Positions 50,489-60,382 are shown, counted from the stretch's first letter. The stretch: 64,000 bases of DNA from an uncultured Candidatus Micrarchaeota archaeon (GCA_963760615.1 CAVXDX010000003.1:1-64000), one strand, 5' to 3'. Notes: a model not told the origin generated them from the letters alone. Translations and numbers: made by a program.

Positions 50489-51208
50489 TTATCTCTTCCT
50501 GCCTTTCCTCTTAACTTTCCTCATTTTCCTTTTTACCGGCCTTTTCTTCATAACTCTCCTTGCCTTCCTTTTTATCAGTCTCTTCTTGATTTTCCTTGCA
50601 GCTACTTTTGCTTTCTTCCTTGGCTTCCTCTTCCCCACCTTTTTCTTTTGCTTCTTTGCAATTTTTTTCTTAGGTTTCTTCTTTGCAACTTTTTTGGGTT
50701 TCTTCATATCACTAATTCTTTTCGTGAGATTCTCAATTTTCTTCGTGAGTTTCTCAATATCCTTCATCGCCCTGTCCTTCTCCTTCAAGACGAGCTTCAT
50801 CTTCTTTTCAGCAGCATTAAGAGATTCTTTTCCGCTCTTTTCCATGCTCTCAATCTTCTCAGCCATCACCTTGATTTTATTCTCCAGTATCCTGACATTG
50901 CCTTCTAGCTCCTTCCCAATCTTGCTGGCCTTTCTCTCGCTGTTCTTCAGCATCTCATAAGCTTTGACTTTCTCCTCGTTTATCTTGGAGAGCTCCCCGG
51001 ACAGATTGCTGGCATCGTTCTCAAGCTTCCTATTCTGCCTGTTGAGTTCCGCAACCTGCTCCTCCAGCTCCCTTATCATGGCGTTCTTCTCAGCCTCAAC
51101 CCTGGCAACATATGTTCTCTCATCCTTCAATGTCCTCTGGAGCTTGTCAAACTCTCTCTCAGTAACATAACCGACGCCCTTCATTATACCTTCAAACATT
51201 GTAAACAC
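50489..51208 (-). CDS. Coiled-coil protein with histone-H1-like Lys/Arg-rich C-terminal tail
   Basis: Heptad-rich N-terminal ~165 aa followed by ~70 aa dominated by K/R (KKPKKVAKKKPKKK...RKVKRKGRKR). Confidence 0.75.
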   Translation of the reverse strand: MFTMFEGIMKGVGYVTEREFDKLQRTLKDERTYVARVEAEKNAMIRELEEQVAELNRQNRKLENDASNLSGELSKINEEKVKAYEMLKNSERKASKIGKELEGNVRILENKIKVMAEKIESMEKSGKESLNAAEKKMKLVLKEKDRAMKDIEKLTKKIENLTKRISDMKKPKKVAKKKPKKKIAKKQKKKVGKRKPRKKAKVAARKIKKRLIKRKARRVMKKRPVKRKMRKVKRKGRKR

Positions 51209-51249
51209 CCATCACTCTATTGCTTTTCTCTCTTATAAATTTATCCCTT

Positions 51250-51295
51250 GTGACATGCTCCACCCCTAAAGGGTGTGGGTTTCCCGCTCACCATG
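51250..51295 (-). mobile_element. Short IS200/IS605-type end relic (PATE-like), copy 1
   Basis: Minus strand GAGCGGGAAACCCACACCC-TTTA-GGGGTGGAGCATGTCAC: subterminal hairpin followed by a terminal TCAC, typical of tnpB-element right ends. Confidence 0.65.
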
Positions 51296-51364
51296 TTAAC
51301 TTAGAGATATCTTTATAAACACTGAAATTACATCTCATTCAAAGGTGAACTTTGAGGTGGTAGA

Positions 51365-51787
51365 ATGGATTTTAAGAAGATAATTACTGCAGCAATGATA
51401 CCGACAATTGTGCTGATTGTCCTGGGAGTGATAAATGCTTTGCTGAACTTCGTCATAACAAAGTATCTGCCGTTACTATGCTTCCTACCAGCGCTTCTGA
51501 CTCTCCCGATATACGTTATCGATCTCGTAGTGCTGGGTTACGCAGGATACTCTGCAGCTAAAAAATACCAGCTCGATTTGGTTGGTGCAGCTCTGACAGG
51601 CGCTTTGGCAGGATTTATGTCCAGCGTGATATCCCAAATAGTGTCAGTAGTGCTCGCAGCAGCTACTGGAACTCTGAACATCCTGGGATGGGTCATCGTG
51701 TCAGTAGTTCTAGTTGTTGCAGCTGTAATGTTCGGGTTACTGCTAGGCGCAATAGGTGGGTTCCTAGGCCAGGGCAAGAAGAAGTGA
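51365..51787 (+). CDS. Small polytopic membrane protein (4 TM, DUF5518-like)
   Basis: Hydrophobic Gly/Ala-rich helices, GAIGGFLG, basic tail; GAGGTGG RBS. Confidence 0.75.
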   Translation: MDFKKIITAAMIPTIVLIVLGVINALLNFVITKYLPLLCFLPALLTLPIYVIDLVVLGYAGYSAAKKYQLDLVGAALTGALAGFMSSVISQIVSVVLAAATGTLNILGWVIVSVVLVVAAVMFGLLLGAIGGFLGQGKKK

Positions 51788-51931
51788 ATTACATCCCTTT
51801 TTTCCAATTTTTTTTCTTCGCTAGCATATTTTCAGTTATCTCGCACTGATAGCTGTAGATAGCCATTAGCGTTCTCTCATCCATACCGGTCGCCTCTTTC
51901 TAAGGACTCAAGAACTTGGAATAACTTATAT

Positions 51932-52645
51932 TTAAACATTACGTTTGGTTGGCGACACCCTAAAAACTACGACTATGCGAATAGGGTAAAAAGATGGAAT
52001 GCCCGATACCTTCTCAATTCTAAGCTCCTTTGGAGTAATCCTCTTCAGCATCTCAAGGCTGAACGAGTGAAGATGCCAGTCCTGCTTCTCGGGAACAGTG
52101 GGCAGGAGAAAACTGAACAAACCGATGCTCATAGCTGAGGCTTTCACGCTCTCAATGTTCCTCTCATTGGGAACAGTGACAACAACCTTCCCACCAGGCT
52201 TGGTGACCCTTGCTGCCTCTTTCAATATCTTTCCAGGCTCGGGGTTATGCTCAATTACTTCAGAGCATACTGCCGCATCAAACGAGCTGTCCCTGAAGGG
52301 AAGTTTCTGCGCGTCTCCAAGCACAAGCTTTGCCCGTGGCAGCCTGCCCCTTGCCTTCCTCAATGCCTCTTTTGAGAGATCCAGACCCACCGCTCTGTCT
52401 GCTCCAATCTTCTCAAGAATCACACCCTCACCGCAACCTATGTCGAGCACCTTCCTCTCTGAGGCAACCTCAGCGACTACCTGCCTCGCCCTCTCATTCT
52501 CGATCCAAGCTATAAAGGGGTTGGGATTGTAGTAAGCCTTCTCATTGCCGAATCTTAGGAACATGGTCTCATTCCAGTCCCTGAATTCTTTTCGCGAGGA
52601 AAATTTTCTCATTGTCCCCTTTCTCCTAACCATCTGAAGTGTCAT
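51932..52645 (-). CDS. Class I SAM-dependent methyltransferase
   Basis: VLDIGCGEG, GLDLS, GDAQKLPF, CSEVIEH. Confidence 0.9.
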   Translation of the reverse strand: MTLQMVRRKGTMRKFSSRKEFRDWNETMFLRFGNEKAYYNPNPFIAWIENERARQVVAEVASERKVLDIGCGEGVILEKIGADRAVGLDLSKEALRKARGRLPRAKLVLGDAQKLPFRDSSFDAAVCSEVIEHNPEPGKILKEAARVTKPGGKVVVTVPNERNIESVKASAMSIGLFSFLLPTVPEKQDWHLHSFSLEMLKRITPKELRIEKVSGIPSFYPIRIVVVFRVSPTKRNV

Positions 52646-52679
52646 GATAAAGAAAAGCTTTCAGTTTGATTAATCTCAT

Positions 52680-53147
52680 CTAAGCTTTTCGGGATGAGCC
52701 GCTTAACCTCCTCACCCTCTCAGTATACTTCTTATAGGAACTTGTTATAAGCTCTCTGTCCTCGTCCTTCAGCTCTCTCACAACCTTTGCTGGAGTTCCA
52801 AGCACGAGAGTGTTTGGTTTTATCTTCATCCCCGGGGTAACAACCGCTCCCGCCCCTACTATAACCCAATCTCCTATTTCAGCTTCATCCAATATTATGG
52901 AGCCTATCCCAACCAGCGCATTGCTTCCAATCTTCGCTCCATGCACAACTGATGAATGCCCCAGAGTGACATTATCGCCAATCTCAACTCCCTCACCATG
53001 CAACACGCAGTGCTCCTGTATGTTAGTATTCCTTCCAATGCTTATCCTTCCCTCATCCCCTCTTATTACTGCAAAAGCCCATACGGATGAATTCTCACCC
53101 ATGGAAATATCCCCTACAACTTCCGCTTTCGGGTGGATGTATTTCAT
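52680..53147 (-). CDS. Gamma carbonic anhydrase family protein
   Basis: Hexapeptide repeats, VIRGD, NIQEHCVLH, TLGH, VHGA. Confidence 0.92.
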   Translation of the reverse strand: MKYIHPKAEVVGDISMGENSSVWAFAVIRGDEGRISIGRNTNIQEHCVLHGEGVEIGDNVTLGHSSVVHGAKIGSNALVGIGSIILDEAEIGDWVIVGAGAVVTPGMKIKPNTLVLGTPAKVVRELKDEDRELITSSYKKYTERVRRLSGSSRKA

Positions 53148-53161
53148 AAAACCAACTCCCT

Positions 53162-54385
53162 CTATTTGATAAAGCCAAGTACGGAATCCATTTTCATAAG
53201 AGTTTCAAGTGCTTTCTCAGCATTTTTCTTTCCAAACTTTTTCTTCTTTATAAGCTCCTGCAACGAGCAGACAAAGTAGCAGAACATCTCAGCTGCTTCA
53301 GGTATCTGAAAATCATCCTCAACATATCTTCTGAACTTGGAGAGGGTTTCTCTGCAAAGCTCATCCGCCTCGGAGTTCTCCTCCCAGAATTTTCTGTGGC
53401 ACAAAACCTTCGCGCAGTTCTTGCACCTTCTTATCTCAATGGCCGTCCTCCGCAGACTACTGAATGTGAAGTTGAGCCTCTTCCTGTAGTGCTCCTTCAG
53501 GAGGTGCGCCCGTATAACGTCATAGCCGTAACCCATCTTATGTATGTCATCCACAGTGTAAAAATTCCCAAGGGACTTGCTCATCTTCCTACCCTCTATA
53601 ATCAGGTGCCTCACGTAAAACCAGTAGTTTGCAGGCATCCTGCCCGTTGCTCCCTCGCTCTGAGCTATCTCATTCTCATGATGGGCGAATATGTTGTCAA
53701 TTCCTCCCATGTGTATATCAAACGGAATACCGAGGTATTCTGAGCTCATCGCACTGCACTCTATATGCCACCCTGGCCTCCCCCTCCCAAGCTCGGTGTC
53801 CCAGTAAACATCCCCATCGCAGCTTTTCCATGCTTTCCATAGCAGGAAATCCCCCGCCTCCCTCTGATAGTAGTCATCCTTGTAGACTCTCCTGTCCAAT
53901 GAATTCTTGAATTTCGAGCGGGACAACCTCCCATACTCGGGGAAGCGCGAGACATCAAAGAAGATGTTGCCTTCTCCGTCTTTGTAAGCCCATCCCCTCC
54001 TTATAATCCTCTTTATCATTGCAACCATTGCAGGTATGTTCTCAGATGCTCGGGGGTAACAATCCGCAGGAAGCATGTTAAGCTCGTGTGAATTCTTCAT
54101 GAATATCTCTTCATTTCTCCTTGTTATGTTTCTCAGCCTTCTCATATTCCCTGCGGCAGCTTTCACCGCCTTGTCCTCAACATCAGTTATATTCATCACA
54201 TGCTTCACTCTGTAGCCTTCAAACAGCAGGACTCTCTTCACAACATCCTCAAACACATATGTGCGGAAGTTGCCCAGGTGTGGCTGGGAGTATACGCTGG
54301 GACCGCAGGTGTAAAGCCTGACCACTCTGCCTATTGGTTTAAACTCCTCCTTTTTCCTAGTAAGAGTGTTGAAGACCTTCAGCAT
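53162..54385 (-). CDS. cysS: Cysteine--tRNA ligase
   Basis: CGPSVY, HLGN, PGWHIECS, DIHMGG.D..F.HHENE, KMSKS. Start moved to ATG at 54385. Confidence 0.95.
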   Translation of the reverse strand: MLKVFNTLTRKKEEFKPIGRVVRLYTCGPSVYSQPHLGNFRTYVFEDVVKRVLLFEGYRVKHVMNITDVEDKAVKAAAGNMRRLRNITRRNEEIFMKNSHELNMLPADCYPRASENIPAMVAMIKRIIRRGWAYKDGEGNIFFDVSRFPEYGRLSRSKFKNSLDRRVYKDDYYQREAGDFLLWKAWKSCDGDVYWDTELGRGRPGWHIECSAMSSEYLGIPFDIHMGGIDNIFAHHENEIAQSEGATGRMPANYWFYVRHLIIEGRKMSKSLGNFYTVDDIHKMGYGYDVIRAHLLKEHYRKRLNFTFSSLRRTAIEIRRCKNCAKVLCHRKFWEENSEADELCRETLSKFRRYVEDDFQIPEAAEMFCYFVCSLQELIKKKKFGKKNAEKALETLMKMDSVLGFIK

Positions 54386-54389
54386 AGAC

Positions 54390-55160
54390 TCACTTTGATT
54401 GCTGCATTCTGCCAAAGCTTATCGTCCCAATCCACATCATTATAACTGAGAAAGCTATGAGGACTGAAAAATCCTTCAACGTTGAAAATTCCTGAACTCC
54501 AAGTATGGCGCCTCTGAGCAAATCTACTCCATAGGTTAGAGGATTTATCTGCGTAATTATCAACAGCCATGAGGGCAGGTTTGACACTGGGAAAAGAGCT
54601 CCGCTGAAAAAGAAGAGCGGCCATACCACGAAATTCATAACCAACCCGAATGCTTCCTGGTTGGTTAGGTTTGAACCCATTACGAGGCCTAGGCTTACCA
54701 TTGCCACAGAAATTACAAATAATATCAGCAAGGAATACAGGAATACCAGAGGCGTTATCGGCATGCCTATCAGAATTCCCAGTATGAGCAGAATTATAGA
54801 CTGCAGCATAACATCTGTGCAGCCCCCAAGCATCTTACCAAGAAAGACGCTTGACCTGGAAACGGGAGCAACTAGAACCTCCTTGAGGAAATCCAGCTTC
54901 CTATCCCAAATTATGTAGACTCCGTAGAAAATTGAAGTCATGAGAAGGGACATGCTAAGCACGCCGGGATAGATGAAAGCCTGGTAGCCAATACCCTTGT
55001 AAATCGGATCCTGGAGGGATACGCTCGCCCCAACTCCTGAGCCGAATGCAACCAGCCAGAGTATTGGGGATATGAAGGAAGAGATGACCCTCTCCTTTTC
55101 CCTCAGGTAAACCTTAAATTCCCTCAGCCACACTGCGTATACCGCTTCAAGCTCGCTCAT
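54390..55160 (-). CDS. ABC-2 type transporter permease
   Basis: Six TM; LKEVLVAPVSR, FFSGALFP, INPLTY. Confidence 0.92.
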   Translation of the reverse strand: MSELEAVYAVWLREFKVYLREKERVISSFISPILWLVAFGSGVGASVSLQDPIYKGIGYQAFIYPGVLSMSLLMTSIFYGVYIIWDRKLDFLKEVLVAPVSRSSVFLGKMLGGCTDVMLQSIILLILGILIGMPITPLVFLYSLLILFVISVAMVSLGLVMGSNLTNQEAFGLVMNFVVWPLFFFSGALFPVSNLPSWLLIITQINPLTYGVDLLRGAILGVQEFSTLKDFSVLIAFSVIMMWIGTISFGRMQQSK

Positions 55161-56125
55161 CTGCTCACCGATGACTGCATCATCCTCTCCCAGAAGCCGC
55201 CTTCCTCCTCATCGCTCCTTATCTCCTTGCCCGTATAATGCAGGAAAACATCATTCAAGCTCACTGGTCTCACCTCAACAGAGCTTATCTTGCCCACCTC
55301 GCAGAGCAGTTTCTGGAGATTCTTGTTCACATCTTTAATAACAACCTGCACATCGCCATCCTTCAGCTCGGCACTTTTCACAAAGTTCAGCTTCCTGATT
55401 TTTTCAAGATTGGGCTTATCCATCTTAATCACGACTATGTCCCCGCCGACTCTCTTTTTCAGGTTTGATGAATTGTCCATAACAACAATCTTGCCAGCAT
55501 CCATTATTGCAATTCTCTTGCAGAGCATATCCGCCTCTTCCATGTAGTGAGTTGTGAGCACCATTGTCATCTCCTCTTCCCTTGAAAGCTTCTTTATGTA
55601 TTCCCAGATATGCTCCCTTGTCTGCGGGTCCAATCCGAGAGTCGGCTCATCCAGGAAAAGCACCTTGGGGTGATGCATGAGGCCTCGCGCCAGCTCCAGC
55701 CTCCTTCTCATTCCACCAGAGTAAACTTTGGTTATGTCGTTTTCCCTATCCTCTAAACCAACTAAATGAATAACTTCGTCAATTCTTTTTTTCCTTATCT
55801 CTTTTGGTATCCCATACAGCATTGCATGCATCTCTAGATTTTCTCTCCCAGTAAGCAGGTCATCAACGCTGGGCTCCTGGAAAACTATCCCAATTGACGA
55901 GCGGACATTGCTTGGCTGTGCCCTGATATCGAATCCATTCACCTTTGCTGTCCCGGAGGTTGGCTTCAAGATGGTGCAAAGCATGGAAATGGTTGTAGTC
56001 TTGCCAGCCCCGTTCGGCCCGAGAAGGCCGAACACCTCCCCCTCCTCGATATCAATTGAGAGGTTGTCCACTGCGGTTAACTTGCCATAGCACTTCGTGA
56101 GATTCTTTGTGCTAATAATAGCCAT
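55157..56125 (-). CDS. ABC transporter ATP-binding protein (DrrA-like)
   Basis: GPNGAGKTT, YSGGMRRR, LDEPT, TTHYMEEA. Confidence 0.95.
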   Translation of the reverse strand: MAIISTKNLTKCYGKLTAVDNLSIDIEEGEVFGLLGPNGAGKTTTISMLCTILKPTSGTAKVNGFDIRAQPSNVRSSIGIVFQEPSVDDLLTGRENLEMHAMLYGIPKEIRKKRIDEVIHLVGLEDRENDITKVYSGGMRRRLELARGLMHHPKVLFLDEPTLGLDPQTREHIWEYIKKLSREEEMTMVLTTHYMEEADMLCKRIAIMDAGKIVVMDNSSNLKKRVGGDIVVIKMDKPNLEKIRKLNFVKSAELKDGDVQVVIKDVNKNLQKLLCEVGKISSVEVRPVSLNDVFLHYTGKEIRSDEEEGGFWERMMQSSVSR

Positions 56126-56206
56126 GGAAATACATTGAATATGAAACTTTATAATCCTTGACTCACTGAGGCTTTGCGCATAAATTCACTTTCACTGGAA
56201 AGTTAC

Positions 56207-56255
56207 CACAATATAGCGGGAAAGTCCACACCATTTATGGGTGGGAGCATGTCAC
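56207..56255 (+). mobile_element. Short IS200/IS605-type end relic (PATE-like), copy 2
   Basis: AGCGGGAAAGTCCACACCA-TTTA-TGGGTGGGAGCATGTCAC, near-identical to 51250-51295; its TCAC overlaps the ZIP gene stop. Confidence 0.65.
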
Positions 56256-56977
56256 ATTATTGAAGTGAGTATTAAAATTAGAACGATACCCAGTGCCATC
56301 GAAAGATTCATTTTCCATGGATCATGCTTGCGTGTTTCCGGCAATAGGTTAGCCGCCCCGAGGTATATAAACTCCCCTACAAATGCTGCCAGTATCAAGG
56401 CGAGAATCATCTGGCTTATGCTGACTAAAGTTGCAAACAAGACCCCCAGAACAGGAGCTACTGCATCCATAAGTAAAAACAATTCCGCATTTTTAACAGG
56501 GTGCTTGTTCTTTAACATTAACGTAACCGTGTTCGCCCCATCTGTAAAATCATGAAATATAACTGCCAAGGCAACTATCAAACCAGTTGAGGAATTAACC
56601 TGGTATGCAGTTCCTATAGCGACCCCATCCAAGAAGCTGTGCACAACCAACCCCCCTGCTCCCACAGGACCCATAATATGTCCGTGCTCCCTTCCTTCAT
56701 CTTCGTGGTAGTGGTGGGTCAAGAAGTATTTTTCAAGAAGGCTGTAAAAGAAAAATGATGCCACGGCAGTTATCATCACATACTTTACTGGCAAATCGAT
56801 TGATTTTGAAATCTCCAAGCTCTCCGGCAATATGTCAAAGAACGATACTGCAATCAAGCTTCCCGAAGCAAATGCGAAAAAGTACGGTAGAACCTTTCTG
56901 AACCTTATGGTGACTGCACCGCCCATAAGTGTTGACAGGAACGTTACAAAGGCCATGCCTACAATGACAGGATTCAT
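56252..56977 (-). CDS. ZIP family metal transporter
   Basis: HSFLDG, HDFTDG, His-rich loop HHYHEDEGREHGH. Confidence 0.92.
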   Translation of the reverse strand: MNPVIVGMAFVTFLSTLMGGAVTIRFRKVLPYFFAFASGSLIAVSFFDILPESLEISKSIDLPVKYVMITAVASFFFYSLLEKYFLTHHYHEDEGREHGHIMGPVGAGGLVVHSFLDGVAIGTAYQVNSSTGLIVALAVIFHDFTDGANTVTLMLKNKHPVKNAELFLLMDAVAPVLGVLFATLVSISQMILALILAAFVGEFIYLGAANLLPETRKHDPWKMNLSMALGIVLILILTSIM

Positions 56978-57014
56978 AACTCCACCAGTCTAGACTTTCT
57001 AGACAGAAGCACCA

Positions 57015-57087
57015 CGCCCTGGCCGGGATTTGAACCCGGGTCACGGACTCGACAGGCCCGGATGCTGGACCACTACACTACCAGGGC
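57015..57087 (-). tRNA. tRNA-Asp (GTC)
   Basis: GCCCTGG/CCAGGGC acceptor stem, CGGGC-CTGTCGA-GTCCG anticodon arm, GGTTCAAATCC T arm; CCA not encoded. Confidence 0.95.
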
Positions 57088-57089
57088 AA

Positions 57090-57192
57090 TCCCGCCAGGG
57101 TGATTTGAACACCCAACCATCCGGTTTCTGCTGGAAGAAAACCAGCAAAGCAAGCTACAGCCGGATGCTCTACCAAATTGAGCTATGGCGGG
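57090..57192 (-). tRNA. tRNA-Tyr (GTA) with 29-nt intron at 37/38 (57126-57154)
   Basis: C1:G72 acceptor CCCGCCA/TGGCGGG, A73, TCCGG-CTGTAG^intron^A-CCGGA; BHB-like central helix CTGT/GCAG with 3-nt bulges. Confidence 0.93.
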
Positions 57193-57747
57193 AGCGCATA
57201 TCTTTTTCACATTCATACATTTAAAAGTATTTGGGTTCGGATTAGAAGTGTTTGTAAACTCAATAGATTTTTACTGGATCCTTCTCAAACTTCTCGAAAT
57301 TCTTTTTTCTTCTTCATCATTCAAGATGTTCTGCCCTAACTCCTTTGACGCTTCTCCTCTTCTCGCTGTGTCTTCTGCTGATTCTTCTATGAGCCCTCTC
57401 TTATATCCAAAGCAACGACCTAACCTGCACCGCCTCACCATTATCTAGCAACTATCGTCTAAAATTGCCCTCTATTCTCGTCTGCATATCAAATAATTCT
57501 TACCTAGTTGTCTTTTAAACGCAATATTCAGTCCTGTGGTTCTATATGCCAAACCAACTTTCCAATTGATATCAAACCAATTTTTCCATATAATTTTGAA
57601 TTGTTTCAAAAATGCCCAAATTCTCAGACGTTATAAATTTTAAAAATTCCCTACTCATTTTCAAGCAATACACTTTATAAATCTTTGCTTACTAATCATA
57701 ATCAGTCATTAGTCTATAATTTAGGGGTGGATGTAAGAGGTGAACTT

Positions 57748-58884
57748 GTGCGCATAGCAATGCTAGGATGGGAATTCCCCCCTTTCAAGAGCGGGGGGCT
57801 TGGAGTCCACTGTTATGAGCTCACAAGCGCCTTCGCACGTAAGGGCATTGAAGTAGACTTTTACATGCCGCGCACAGAGTTCGAGATGAAAGGAACTACA
57901 CCGAGACTGATTCAGGTTATGCCAGTCCACTTTGGCCCGTATACGGCGAGAGAGGCTTATGGTTTCGATTTCATGGGCCGCGTGCTGCAATACAACATGA
58001 GGTGCGCTGAGGAAGTGGAGAAGAACAACAGAGAGAAGCCCTATGATTTGATTCACAACCATGACTGGCTCACTGTGAGAGCGGCAGTGCTTGCAAAACA
58101 GAAGATAAGGAAACCGCATGTTTTCACCGTGCACTCCACAGAGTACGACCGTTCAGGCATGGGCCCGAACCAGCAGATTCTCGAAGTAGAGAGAATGGGA
58201 GTGCATTCTGCGGACAGGGTCATAACAGTCAGCCATATGATGAAGAAACAACTTACTGATAAATTCGGCGTGGATTGCAGCAAGATAAGAGTTATTTACA
58301 ATGGAGTTGACCCTGACAAATTCAAGAAGAAGTGGGAGGTAAAGAAATACTCAAAAGAGAGGGTGGTGCTTTTCCTCGGTAGGATGGCAGAGCAGAAAGG
58401 GCCTGTGCAATTCCTCCAGGCAGCCCAGAAGGTTCTCTCGGTTGTGAAGAATGCGAGGTTCGTCATGGCAGGCGGAGGGGACATGCTTCCCTACCTTATA
58501 AACTACTCAATACAACTTGGCATAAGCGACAGGGTTACCTTCCTCGGTTACCTTCCTGAAAGCCAGCTTCATGAAGCATACGCAAAGAGCGATGTCTATG
58601 TTCTGCCAAGCGTCTCTGAGCCATTCGGCATAACTGCCCTTGAGGCAATGGCAAGCGGCACCCCTATAATACTCTCAAAGACATCCGGTGTGAGTGAGAT
58701 AACTCCTCATTGTTTGAAGGTTGATTTCTGGGATGTGAACAAGATGGCAGAGTACATCATAGCGTTGCTCAAGTACAGGGTGCTCAACCATGAAATGGGA
58801 ATGAATGAGGTTGAGGATGCAAGGAAATTCAGCTGGGACAGGGCAGCAGATGAAACTCTAGGTGTTTACAGGGAGCTGGTTTAA
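57748..58884 (+). CDS. GT4 glycosyltransferase (glycogen/alpha-glucan synthesis type)
   Basis: MRIAMLGWEFPPFKSGGLG, HNHDWLT, EPFGITALEAM; GTG start at 57748 after GAGGTGA. Confidence 0.9.
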   Translation: MRIAMLGWEFPPFKSGGLGVHCYELTSAFARKGIEVDFYMPRTEFEMKGTTPRLIQVMPVHFGPYTAREAYGFDFMGRVLQYNMRCAEEVEKNNREKPYDLIHNHDWLTVRAAVLAKQKIRKPHVFTVHSTEYDRSGMGPNQQILEVERMGVHSADRVITVSHMMKKQLTDKFGVDCSKIRVIYNGVDPDKFKKKWEVKKYSKERVVLFLGRMAEQKGPVQFLQAAQKVLSVVKNARFVMAGGGDMLPYLINYSIQLGISDRVTFLGYLPESQLHEAYAKSDVYVLPSVSEPFGITALEAMASGTPIILSKTSGVSEITPHCLKVDFWDVNKMAEYIIALLKYRVLNHEMGMNEVEDARKFSWDRAADETLGVYRELV

Positions 58885-60093
58885 ATGCCGTCAATATGTT
58901 TTTACTTCCAGGTGCACCAGCCTCTCAGGATGAGGCGCTTCTCTATTTTTGAGGATAACAATGGCGATGCATACAAGCTGTACTTCAACGATAAGCTGAA
59001 CAGGGAAGTGTTTGAGAAGGTTGCCAGGAAATGCTACCTGCCTACAAATTCAATCATGCTTGATCTGATAAACAGGTTCGATGGAAAATTCAGGATATCC
59101 TACAGCCTCACAGGAGTTTTCCTAGACCAGTGCAACGAGTTCAATCCAAAGGTGCTGGAGTCATTCGAGGAGCTGGCAAAGACTGGATGTGTTGATTTTC
59201 TCGATGAGACCTACAACCACTCGCTTTGCAGTCTGTTCCAGGATAAGACAGAATTCAAGGAACAGGTTGAGTTGCACACAAAAGCGCTTAAAACATATCT
59301 CAAATGCAGACCGGTTGTTTTCAGAAACACAGAGGCTCTTTTCACAAACGATATAGCGAAGCTTGTGGAGGGCATGGGATACAAGGGTATGGTCACTGAG
59401 GGGTTTGAAAGAATCCTTGGCTGGAGGAGCCCCAACTACCTCTACAGGGTGAAGGGATGCAGCTCAATCAAGGCATTCCTCAGGAATTACAGGTTGAGTG
59501 ATGATGTCGCCTACAGGTTCTCAGCCCGCTGGTGGAGCGAGTACCCACTCAAGGCAGATAAGTATGCGGCATGGCTAAGCAGATCTGAAGGTCCTCTTGT
59601 GAACATATTCATGGATTACGAAACATTTGGTGAGCACCAGTGGGAAGACACTGGCATATTTGAATTCCTGAAGAGGATGCCCGAGGAAATACTGAGGTAC
59701 GGTAACCTGAATTTCAAAACCCCCAGCGAACTGGTTGCCCTTGAGCCTGTAGGTGAAATTGACGTGCCAACCCCGCTTTCATGGGCGGATATGGAGCGGG
59801 ATGCTTCAGCCTGGCTTGGCAACGAGATGCAGAGGGTCTGCTTCAGGATGCTTGAGGGACTGGAGCCCATGGTGAGGGAAGCAAAGGATGATGAGCTCAT
59901 GAGAATCTGGAGGATGCTGCAGAACAGTGACCAGCTGTACTACCTCTGCACGAAATCATGGGCAGATGGGGACGTGCACAAGTACTTCTCCCCATTTGAT
60001 ACACCCTATGACGGTTTTATAAATTTCATGAATGTGCTTCAGGACCTGAGACATAGACTGAAGCAAAAATTAAAGATGGAGGATATGAGGTGA
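58885..60093 (+). CDS. Glycoside hydrolase family 57 (alpha-amylase/amylopullulanase-like)
   Basis: FQVHQP, ETYNHSL, FRNTE, MDYETFGEHQW, WAD.ERD.SAW.GN, SD.LYY. Confidence 0.92.
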   Translation: MPSICFYFQVHQPLRMRRFSIFEDNNGDAYKLYFNDKLNREVFEKVARKCYLPTNSIMLDLINRFDGKFRISYSLTGVFLDQCNEFNPKVLESFEELAKTGCVDFLDETYNHSLCSLFQDKTEFKEQVELHTKALKTYLKCRPVVFRNTEALFTNDIAKLVEGMGYKGMVTEGFERILGWRSPNYLYRVKGCSSIKAFLRNYRLSDDVAYRFSARWWSEYPLKADKYAAWLSRSEGPLVNIFMDYETFGEHQWEDTGIFEFLKRMPEEILRYGNLNFKTPSELVALEPVGEIDVPTPLSWADMERDASAWLGNEMQRVCFRMLEGLEPMVREAKDDELMRIWRMLQNSDQLYYLCTKSWADGDVHKYFSPFDTPYDGFINFMNVLQDLRHRLKQKLKMEDMR

Positions 60094-60097
60094 GTGA

Positions 60098-60382
60098 ATG
60101 GCGAGATACAAACCTAAGCCATACTCCACTGCGCCCTGTCCGCCCGGCAGCGAGTTCATATTCAGAATGCCGGATGGGAGGGAGGTGGGGAAGGCAAAGA
60201 GCGTGGCGGATTTTGTGAGGATAGTGAAAATAGCTCCGCTTTCCTCTGTGCTCAACCACGCAAACGGCGGGCATCTCTCCCCATGGCTTGAGATGATGGG
60301 CGAGAAAGAGCTTGCGGATAGAATAAGGGGTATAAAAGGGAATGACGAATCTGTGAGAAAAAAGATTGTGCAGGCGTTGTGA
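60098..60382 (+). CDS. DUF5752-family protein
   Basis: F.F...G...G.A.S...F...........V.NH...GH.S.WL....EKELAD.I; typical neighbour of GH57/GT4. Confidence 0.75.
   Translation: MARYKPKPYSTAPCPPGSEFIFRMPDGREVGKAKSVADFVRIVKIAPLSSVLNHANGGHLSPWLEMMGEKELADRIRGIKGNDESVRKKIVQAL

Noticed and set aside
57185-57448. 87-aa track ORF and an alternative 56-aa minus ORF (57271-57441) next to the tRNAs
   Set aside because: The first overlaps tRNA-Tyr and its promoter. The second lacks clear promoter/RBS support or any motif, so it was left uncalled.
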